Source: Bacteriovoracaceae bacterium (lineage in GTDB: Bacteria; Bdellovibrionota; Bacteriovoracia; Bacteriovoracales; Bacteriovoracaceae). From it: a stretch of DNA of 11,585 nucleotides. Of the stretch, positions 1-7,226 are shown one piece after another; positions within the stretch are counted from its first letter, which is position 1, and every line of letters starts with the position of its first letter. Made by a program: the position numbers and the translations under genes. The DNA lies in assembly GCA_049599895.1 (NCBI GenBank), contig JBMYPC010000098.1, positions 1 to 11,585 on the forward strand, in the 5' to 3' direction. The notes beneath the pieces were generated by a model, which was not told where the DNA came from, ran no database searches, and saw nothing but the letters and a program-made list of their open reading frames with translations.

Positions 1-2310
1 GTTCAAATTGCCTTTACAACTTCAGCTCAAACTGTTGCTGCTGGAGATTGCTCAGGAGTCGTGACAGTTGAATCACAAGACACGCATGGAAACGATTCTG
101 AAGTGGGAAGTAATACTAATATTACTCTTGCCGGTGACTCTGGAACCATGAGTTTCTTCTCTGATTCAGGTTGTTCAACTGGAATTGGAACCACAGCCAC
201 AATCACTTCAGGAACTGATGAAGTCAGCTTCTACTATAAAGATACTTCAGAAGGGACAACAAACCTTTCACTCTCATCATCTCTCACAGACCCAAGTGAT
301 CAGGCCCAAACAATCCAGGCCAACACGGCGGTCACTCTTGTTCTTCTGACAAGTGGTCACACAGTCGCAGCTGGTGACTGTTCAGCTGTTGTCACTCTTG
401 AAGCAAGAGATACTCATGGAAACGACTCTGAAGTGGGAAGTAATACGAACATTACTCTTGCCGGTGACTCTGGAACCATGACTTTCTTCTCTGACTCTGG
501 ATGTTCATCAAGCATTGGAACCACTGCAACGATGACTTCAGGAACTGATCAAGTGAGCTTCTACTATAAAGACACTTCTGAAGGAACGACGAGTCTTTCC
601 TTTAGCTCAAGTCTAACTGATCCTTCAGCTCAAAATCAAACAATCCAAGCCAATACGGCAACTCAACTCGCCTTCACAACTTCAGCACAAACTCTTGCTG
701 CTGGTGATTGCTCAGGAGTTGTGACTGTTGAGGCAAGAGACACTCATGGAAACGATTCTGAAGTCGGAAGTAATACGAACATCACTCTCGCCGGTGACTC
801 TGGAACCATGAGCTTCTTCTCTGATTCAGGTTGTTCAACTGGAATTGGAACCACTGCCACTATCACTTCGGGAACTGATGAAGTCAGCTTCTACTATAAA
901 GACACTTCAGAAGGGACAACGAACCTTTCTCTTAGTTCATCTCTCACTGATCCAAGTGATCAGGCCCAAACCATTCAAGCCAATACGGCAGTTCAACTCG
1001 CCTTTACAACTTCTGCTCAAACTATTGCAGCTGGAGATTGTTCTGCTGTTGTAACCGTTGAAGCGAGGGATACACATGGGAATGACTCTGAAGTGGGAAG
1101 TAATACTAATATCACTTTAGCCGGTGATTCTGGAACCATGAGTTTCTTCTCTGATTCTGGTTGCTCAACTGGAATTGGAACCACAGCCACTATCACTTCC
1201 GGAACTGATGAAGTCAGCTTCTACTATAAAGATACTTCTGAAGGGACAACGGACCTTTCACTCTCATCATCTTTAACGGATCCAAGTGATCAGGCCCAAA
1301 CAATCCAGGCCAACACGGCGGTCACTCTTGTTCTTCTGACAAGTGGTCACACAGTCGCAGCCGGTGACTGCTCAGCAGTTGTCACCCTTGAAGCGAGAGA
1401 CACTCATGGAAATGACTCTGAAGTGGGAAGTAATACGAACATCACTCTTGCCGGTGATTCTGGAACTATGAGTTTCTTCTCTGACTCTGGATGTTCATCA
1501 AGCATTGGAACCACAGCAACGATGACTTCCGGAACTGATCAAGTCAGCTTCTACTATAAAGATACTTCAGAAGGAACCACGAGTCTTTCCTTTAGCTCAA
1601 GTCTAACTGATCCTTCAGCGCAGAACCAAACGATTCAGGCCAATACAGCAGCTCAACTTGCTTTCACGACCTCGGCTCAAACAGTAACGGCTGGTGATTG
1701 CTCAGGAGTTGTGACTGTTGAATCACAAGATACTCATGGAAACGATTCTGAAGTGGGAAGTAATACTAACATCACTCTCGCCGGAGACTCTGGAACCATG
1801 AGTTTCTTCTCTGACTCTGGTTGTTCAACTGGAATTGGAACTACGGCAACGATCACTTCGGGAACTGATGAAGTCAGTTTTTACTATAAAGACACAAGTG
1901 AAGGGACAACAAACCTTTCACTCACATCATCTTTGACAGACCCAAGTGATCAAGCGCAAACAATCCAGGCCAACACAGCGGTCACTCTCGTTCTTCTCAC
2001 CAGTGCCCAAACACTGACAGCCGGAGACTGCTCAGCCGTTGTCACTCTTGAAGCAAGAGACACTCACGGAAACGATGCAGATGTTGGAAGCAATACTAAT
2101 ATCACTCTTGCAGGCGACTCTGGAACCATGAGCTTCTTCTCTGATTCAGGTTGTTCAACCGGAATTGGAACCACTGCCACTATCACCTCAGGTACTGATG
2201 AAGTCAGTTTCTATTTTAAAGACACTACTGATGGGACGACTAACCTCTCTTTCTCCTCAGCTCTTACTGACCCAAGTGATCAGGCACAGACAATTAATCA
2301 TGGCGCCGTA
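1..2310 (+). repeat. Intragenic tandem repeat, 7 x 330 bp (units start at 1, 331, 661, 991, 1321, 1651, 1981)
   Basis: Exact 330-bp periodicity: near-invariant segments such as 'ctactataaaga' and 'ttcttctctga' recur at that spacing. There are no indels and most differences are at third codon positions. A degenerate eighth unit (about 2311-2637) keeps 'EDAHGN' and 'SNSDCS'. Confidence 0.95.
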
Positions 2311-3237
2311 GCCGCTCTCAACTGGGATACAGAAATTGTCGCCAATGAAATAACCAACACAAACTTTACGACAGCAGGTGTTATCTCTGCTGAAGATGCT
2401 CATGGAAATCCAATTGTCGATACCAATGAAACAATTGTCGTGAGTTATTCTTCAAATTCAGACTGCTCAAGTGATTCAACGGCAAACCTTAGCAATAATT
2501 CGGGAACAACTTCAAGCGGTAGTCTCACGCTCTCAACTGTGCAATCTTCAGCTTCAGGTGGCCCGTATTACTTCAAGGCCTACGTATCAGGTTCACCAGG
2601 TATTTCAGCATGTACGTCAGGAACATCTTCAATCTATGACCCGATTAGTATTTCACCCGCTTCTCCAACTGTGAGCGCCCTTGGAACTCAAACTTTCGTT
2701 ATAACTGGTGGAGTACCTGCTATCACTTGCAATGATATTGTGACTAATAACTCTGGTGGTTCAGTGACATCAAGTTGTTATACAGCTGCATGTGCAGGTG
2801 ATTACTGTATTGACTATACCGCCGGAGTTCAAGGCAGTAACACTGATACAGTGAGAACAACTGACTTCAAAGGAAATAGCGCTGATGCCACGATTACTGT
2901 TAATGGCGGTCAATTCAATGCTTCCTCGGCAAGCTATTCCTTTCCAGGAGGAACATGTACAGGTGGTGGAACCTCGACAACGATCACAGTTGCAAACGAT
3001 GGAAACGTACATGCCACAAGTGTCAGCGAATCTCTCAGTGGAGATGCTGAACTTACTTATAATGCAAGTAGTACCTGTGGAATTAGTGATACAGACTTAA
3101 ACACAGGTGGAGCTGATACCTGTGACATCATTATTGACTTTGATGGAAGCTCAGGTAGCCACAGCGCTACTGTGACAATTCAAGATACGACCAATGGAGG
3201 ATCGACGACAGTAAGCTTTGATGCGACCTGTCCGTAG
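1..3237 (+). CDS. Large repetitive surface/adhesin-like protein with tandem Ig-like (Big/invasin-type) repeats; 5'-partial
   Basis: Frame +1 is open from base 1 (VQIAFTTSAQTVAAGDCSGV...), so the GTG at 61 is internal and the true start lies upstream of the window. It has seven 110-aa repeats with alternating beta-strand patterns, a 'V(E)xxDxHGN' motif and two Cys (GDC...FFSDSGC). It is rich in S/T/G/D and poor in K/R. Three further Cys-containing beta-rich domains follow, and the stop is TAG at 3235-3237. Confidence 0.9.
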   Translation, partial: VQIAFTTSAQTVAAGDCSGVVTVESQDTHGNDSEVGSNTNITLAGDSGTMSFFSDSGCSTGIGTTATITSGTDEVSFYYKDTSEGTTNLSLSSSLTDPSDQAQTIQANTAVTLVLLTSGHTVAAGDCSAVVTLEARDTHGNDSEVGSNTNITLAGDSGTMTFFSDSGCSSSIGTTATMTSGTDQVSFYYKDTSEGTTSLSFSSSLTDPSAQNQTIQANTATQLAFTTSAQTLAAGDCSGVVTVEARDTHGNDSEVGSNTNITLAGDSGTMSFFSDSGCSTGIGTTATITSGTDEVSFYYKDTSEGTTNLSLSSSLTDPSDQAQTIQANTAVQLAFTTSAQTIAAGDCSAVVTVEARDTHGNDSEVGSNTNITLAGDSGTMSFFSDSGCSTGIGTTATITSGTDEVSFYYKDTSEGTTDLSLSSSLTDPSDQAQTIQANTAVTLVLLTSGHTVAAGDCSAVVTLEARDTHGNDSEVGSNTNITLAGDSGTMSFFSDSGCSSSIGTTATMTSGTDQVSFYYKDTSEGTTSLSFSSSLTDPSAQNQTIQANTAAQLAFTTSAQTVTAGDCSGVVTVESQDTHGNDSEVGSNTNITLAGDSGTMSFFSDSGCSTGIGTTATITSGTDEVSFYYKDTSEGTTNLSLTSSLTDPSDQAQTIQANTAVTLVLLTSAQTLTAGDCSAVVTLEARDTHGNDADVGSNTNITLAGDSGTMSFFSDSGCSTGIGTTATITSGTDEVSFYFKDTTDGTTNLSFSSALTDPSDQAQTINHGAVAALNWDTEIVANEITNTNFTTAGVISAEDAHGNPIVDTNETIVVSYSSNSDCSSDSTANLSNNSGTTSSGSLTLSTVQSSASGGPYYFKAYVSGSPGISACTSGTSSIYDPISISPASPTVSALGTQTFVITGGVPAITCNDIVTNNSGGSVTSSCYTAACAGDYCIDYTAGVQGSNTDTVRTTDFKGNSADATITVNGGQFNASSASYSFPGGTCTGGGTSTTITVANDGNVHATSVSESLSGDAELTYNASSTCGISDTDLNTGGADTCDIIIDFDGSSGSHSATVTIQDTTNGGSTTVSFDATCP

Positions 3238-3249
3238 AAGGATATTATT

Positions 3250-4053
3250 ATGAAGAGATTATCAATGCTCGCTTTATTCTCTTTTTCTCTTGTTGCTGGG
3301 GAACCTCAACTTGAGCAATGTCGAGAGTTCGGCCTTGACCTACAAGATGGAGATTCATTCCCAAAAAGTTGCTATCCCTATATTAAACAAGGGGCCCAGC
3401 TTCAAAAAAGAATTTCTCTTGATGACAAGATCTTAAGCGCATGGGTCTACAAGAACCTTCTTCTCATTGAAAGTTCAATTCTCGTTGACCAAACAAATAA
3501 TATTTGGAGAACTCAAAAGAATGTCATCAGTGGTGATTTTCTTAATCTGGAATCGGTTGTCGATCTTGATATTTCACCTGATGCCACTTTTGCTGGAGCC
3601 TTTGAGATCCATCTTCTGATTAATACAGGTGCAGGTCAAAAAGTTCTCACCTATCTTTCAACTCAAAAAAATAGACAACACCCCAGAGTCTATTCTCTAC
3701 CTGGAAGCCTATTGGCCACTAAAGTCTATAGAGGTGATGACCACCGCTTATGGCTTAAATCAACAAATGGAGACTTCTACTCATTTAATAGTTTTGAAAC
3801 AGATCAAAGAAAAACACTTCTTCCTAAGAAACTTAAAATTAATAGACAGTACGAATACATTTTTTCGAACAAAGAAAACATCTATCTTTTATCAAGTGAT
3901 CAAATCTCTGTTATTTCAGACTCTTCTAAGAGGAGTTTTCAGCTCAACTCTTTTGAACTTCCTTCAAAGTCTTCAATTCATAAAATATGGAGTAATGGAA
4001 GTCAACTGATTCTAGAGCTTACGAATTCAGAGCAACAAGTTATCGACTTATAA
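3250..4053 (+). CDS. Secreted hypothetical protein (267 aa), beta-rich, possibly propeller-like
   Basis: Starts 12 bp after the adhesin stop, with AAGGA upstream. It has an N-terminal signal peptide (MKRLSMLALFSFSLVA/G), an N-terminal Cys pair and many short beta-strand-like segments (RLWLKS..DFYSF, NIYLLS..QISVI, QLILEL..QVIDL). Confidence 0.8.
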   Translation: MKRLSMLALFSFSLVAGEPQLEQCREFGLDLQDGDSFPKSCYPYIKQGAQLQKRISLDDKILSAWVYKNLLLIESSILVDQTNNIWRTQKNVISGDFLNLESVVDLDISPDATFAGAFEIHLLINTGAGQKVLTYLSTQKNRQHPRVYSLPGSLLATKVYRGDDHRLWLKSTNGDFYSFNSFETDQRKTLLPKKLKINRQYEYIFSNKENIYLLSSDQISVISDSSKRSFQLNSFELPSKSSIHKIWSNGSQLILELTNSEQQVIDL

Positions 4054-4055
4054 GA

Positions 4056-6332
4056 TTAAGCTGCAAAAACATAATCAAGATGCTCATCAAGGACAATTCC
4101 CTCTGGGAAAGAAATAATAAATGATGTTCCAAGACCTTTTTGAGAGTGAACGAGGATCTCACCATTTAAACTTTCGACTTTACTCTTAATTGAGTTCATC
4201 CCAATTCCACGTCCAGATGTTTTGCTGGCTTCATCTTTACTTGAAAGAGCATGCTCAAAAAGTAGTTGAACAATCTCCTCAGTACTTTTATTTTTCGCTT
4301 CTTCTTCTGTCCAATATCCCGCTTTAATGGCCTTGTAAGCAAGCTTTTCTTCATCGATCCCGCCACCATCATCTTTAAGGATAAACTCAAGCTTTTCACC
4401 CTTTCTTCTCGAAGTCACTTTGATTGTCCCATGGCGTGGCTTTAAACGACTGTCTCGAACCACTTGCTCTTCAATACCATGATCAATTGAATTGGTAATA
4501 AGAAGTCCAAAAACATTATCAAGACTATAAATCTCTTGATAGGTTAATTCACAGCTATCAGGAGTCACAATAAAGTCTATCTCTTTATCACATTCCTGAG
4601 CGAGGTTATTGATATAAAACTCGTATTTATTAAAAACTTCTTGAGCTGGATACCTCTTGAAAGTTTGAATAAACCCAAGAACTTTTTCTGGCTCTCGACC
4701 TTCTTGGATCATCCCTTGAAGACGATCAAGCTTAGACCATTCGACTTGTAAATACTTTCCGTTTGAACGCAAGTGAAGGAGATTCACAAGGTCTTGGTGT
4801 TGTTTCTTAAAAACTTGCTCTAGCTCACGAAACTTAATTCGTCCTTTAGGAAGAGCTGATTCAAATTCGCTTTCATGAAAAATATTCTCTACTTCAAGAG
4901 CGAACTCGCAACATTCCATAAAGTCGGCCATAAAAAAATTGTTTTTTAGTTCATGAATATCATTTTTCAATCGATCAACTCTTTCTTCTTGTTTACGATC
5001 AAAAATCACTTCAATTTCAGTCATGAGAACAGTGGTTCGTTTAATGAACTCAAAATAGTCATTAATTCCAACTGAAGCACGCTTAATTCTTGCAAATCTT
5101 TGCACGTCTTCAGCTAGCTTCTCTTTCGCAACGATTTCATCCGTCTTGTCACGACAAAAGACGAGAACTTCTTTTAGGTTCCCATCCGGATCTCTCTTAT
5201 CAACATAATCTACAATAATCTTTCTCTCGCTTTCTGATCCCTTATCAATCACAAATGAATTGGGAAATTGAGATTGCTCAAGATGGCTTTCAAAATCGTC
5301 ACGATCTTTTGATGAGTAGAGAGACTTTAAAGAATGACGTATTTGCTGGTGAGAGATATCGACTTTTTCATTAAGGAAATCTTCAAAAGTTTCAAAGTCT
5401 CGAAAGTTATGAAACATTTTCTCAGTAGCCTTAGAGTACTGAGAGCCTATTCGTCCATCATAATGAAGAGAAAAGACAGTTACATTAATATTATCAAGAA
5501 CATTCTCTAATCGTTTTGAACGCTTAAAAAAGAGTAAACTCACTTCAGTGAGAAGGTTTGAGATTTCTCGCCATTCTTTGATTGAGCCGAGAGAAAGTCG
5601 ATCCCCCCTATTCTCGTCTTTTAAAGCCTCCAAGAACTTCTTAATCTTTCGATGAGGATGAACCATCATAAAGTATTCAAGAAGGCTCACAATAAGAATT
5701 ATAATTCCAAGGGCCATGGCCTTGTACTTAATTTTTTCTAAAAAAACTCTCTCACGAGTCTTGGCATTCTCATTAGAGGACTCAATTAAAGTTTGAAATG
5801 TGGCATCCATTTCTTTTTTCGTCTTCTTTATAGATGTTCCAAGCTTTTTCTCATTAAGCTTATCAATGGTCTCATTCACTTTTTTAGTATGAGTGTCTGG
5901 ATAATTGTACTGAAGCGAACGAAGAATACGAGATTTATGTTTTTTAAAATAATCAAACCTTTCTTGGTTCGACAGATGAATACTTTTTACTCCCGCAATA
6001 ATTGAAGTATAAGCCATCATCTCCCCATACTGAGAGGAAAGAGAAGTAAACTGTTTCGTTAAATCAGAAAATTCGTTTTGAACTTTACTATGAAGCTTAA
6101 TCATTCTTTGTTCATCACGTGATCGCAGAGATGAATAAAGTGATCTTTCATAAACTTTTGAAGTCCTCACATAGTCATCGATGTGACCTTGAAGTACTTT
6201 TTTGAGTTGGGTCTTTTCGTTAAATTCAGCAACTTGTGAATTTTGAGTGTTATAGGCCCACCAACCAAGCGTTCCGATTCCACCCCAGACAATAAGCTTT
6301 GACAGCACTGAAATAAAAATTAGATTTTTCAT
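4056..6332 (-). CDS. Membrane-anchored CheA-like sensor histidine kinase (TM-periplasmic-TM-HAMP-like-PAS-like-Hpt-HATPase), no CheW domain
   Basis: TM1 is at the N-terminus and TM2 is AMALGIIILIVSLLEYFMMV. PAS-like segment LDNINVTVFSLHYDGRI; Hpt-like IHELKNN (His codon 4953-4955). CheA-type catalytic boxes: N-box LITNSIDHGIE, G1 DDGGGID, G2 SGRGIGM, and final GLGTSFIISFP. Confidence 0.88.
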   Translation of the reverse strand: MKNLIFISVLSKLIVWGGIGTLGWWAYNTQNSQVAEFNEKTQLKKVLQGHIDDYVRTSKVYERSLYSSLRSRDEQRMIKLHSKVQNEFSDLTKQFTSLSSQYGEMMAYTSIIAGVKSIHLSNQERFDYFKKHKSRILRSLQYNYPDTHTKKVNETIDKLNEKKLGTSIKKTKKEMDATFQTLIESSNENAKTRERVFLEKIKYKAMALGIIILIVSLLEYFMMVHPHRKIKKFLEALKDENRGDRLSLGSIKEWREISNLLTEVSLLFFKRSKRLENVLDNINVTVFSLHYDGRIGSQYSKATEKMFHNFRDFETFEDFLNEKVDISHQQIRHSLKSLYSSKDRDDFESHLEQSQFPNSFVIDKGSESERKIIVDYVDKRDPDGNLKEVLVFCRDKTDEIVAKEKLAEDVQRFARIKRASVGINDYFEFIKRTTVLMTEIEVIFDRKQEERVDRLKNDIHELKNNFFMADFMECCEFALEVENIFHESEFESALPKGRIKFRELEQVFKKQHQDLVNLLHLRSNGKYLQVEWSKLDRLQGMIQEGREPEKVLGFIQTFKRYPAQEVFNKYEFYINNLAQECDKEIDFIVTPDSCELTYQEIYSLDNVFGLLITNSIDHGIEEQVVRDSRLKPRHGTIKVTSRRKGEKLEFILKDDGGGIDEEKLAYKAIKAGYWTEEEAKNKSTEEIVQLLFEHALSSKDEASKTSGRGIGMNSIKSKVESLNGEILVHSQKGLGTSFIISFPEGIVLDEHLDYVFAA

Positions 6333-6339
6333 AATGCCT

Positions 6340-6367
6340 CTTTCGGCGTATTAGGCCAAATACTTGA
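6340..6367 (-). promoter_or_regulatory. Putative sigma28 (FliA) promoter of the kinase gene
   Basis: The minus strand reads TCAAG-tatttggcctaatac(15 nt)-GCCGAAAG, close to the sigma28 consensus TAAAG-N~15-GCCGATAA. It ends 7 nt before the ATG at 6332. Confidence 0.6.
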
Positions 6368-6617
6368 CTGTTACGCCTCCCTTTCTTTAAGATTCTAAGA
6401 ATCAAATGAAGTCAATCCTGTAAAATCAATGCCTTATAGTCAAACACCTACTCCCTGAGAAGACAAACCTTTCGCCACCCTAAACTTCTTCTGAAAAAGA
6501 AAGGCTATAAATCTCAAACAATAAAAGTTGAACGGTAAGACCTAACCTTGATAAGCTCATTGATCAAAGTGATGCTATTGATTTTTATAATAAACTTGAA
6601 ACCACTCTTTCAAAGGT

Positions 6618-7070
6618 TTAAGCCGCAAGTTTATCCTCTGTCTTTATGGGCCCCTTATTGTCATCAAAAGCTTTAAGATCTTTTGTCATAAATGGGGCAA
6701 ACAAAAAAAGATAAGCAACATAGCTATAAAGCATTGTTGTAAAACAAACTGCTAATGCTGGTGGTAATACCGTCACATTAACCGTACCAACCGCTCCAAT
6801 TGTAATAAGGCCAAGTAAAGTTCCAAGTGCCCCGCTATGAAGACAAACTTTTCCAGACCATTTCGCGACTTCGATTCTTTCACTTTCTTCTAAGTTCCAA
6901 AAATAAAAAGCTTTTTTTCCAAACTTAAAGGCCATAAGGCTCACAGTAATTGAGCCCACAACTAATAACGATGGGATATCAAAAAAGACCCAAAGATCAT
7001 TAGTACACATCTTTAAAGTCACAAACAGTGAGAGTACTCCAAAGAAATAAGCAAAAATCCGCATAAACAT
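6618..7070 (-). CDS. Short MotA/TolQ/ExbB proton-channel-family-like membrane protein (150 aa)
   Basis: Four hydrophobic segments carry MotA/PomA-like motifs: FFDIPSLLVVG, GALGTLLGLI and LPPALAVCFTTMLYS (compare GPAMAVALLTTLYG). The cytoplasmic loop is very short. The true start may be the second ATG at 7064, which is better spaced from AAGGG. Confidence 0.72.
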   Translation of the reverse strand: MFMRIFAYFFGVLSLFVTLKMCTNDLWVFFDIPSLLVVGSITVSLMAFKFGKKAFYFWNLEESERIEVAKWSGKVCLHSGALGTLLGLITIGAVGTVNVTVLPPALAVCFTTMLYSYVAYLFLFAPFMTKDLKAFDDNKGPIKTEDKLAA

Positions 7071-7226
7071 CCCTTGATAAAGCCTTAGGTTGTATTGATA
7101 GAGGACGATCTATTTTAGCTTATATGATGCCCATCTCTATATCCCATTGAATTTAGGTTAAGGCTCACTTTGAATTTCTAAAATTTATAGGTCAGAATAT
7201 GGGCAGTGCTATGCAACTAGGGGAAA

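Noticed and set aside
61..63. GTG at 61 as the start of the large protein
   Set aside because: The frame is open upstream and bases 1-60 encode the start of a repeat unit, so the gene is truncated by the window edge.
1..2310. CRISPR array or diversity-generating retroelement template/variable repeats
   Set aside because: The units are 330 bp, contiguous and in frame, with no unique spacers. The differences are mostly synonymous and not adenine-specific, and there is no cas or reverse transcriptase gene in the window.
88..2500. Many N-x-S/T sequons (NDS, NIT, NLS, NQT) as evidence of N-glycosylation
   Set aside because: They are expected by chance in an N/S/T-rich repeat. Almost none has the bacterial D/E-x-N-x-S/T form (DTNET is an exception), and no glycosylation genes are in view.
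4056..6332. Naming the kinase cheA
   Set aside because: It has TM helices, an internal Hpt, no CheW-like domain and no che cluster. Only the catalytic domain is CheA-like.
6618..7070. Calling the gene motA, or a ZorA-type defence stator
   Set aside because: It is far shorter than MotA, has no long ZorA-type tail, and has no adjacent motB/zorB.
7200..7215. Sigma54-like TGG-N10-GCA upstream of the lipoprotein gene
   Set aside because: Only the GG/GC spacing fits and the flanks deviate from TGGCAC-N5-TTGC. A sigma70-like TTGAAT-N17-CAGAAT (7170-7198) is equally plausible, and neither can be supported well.
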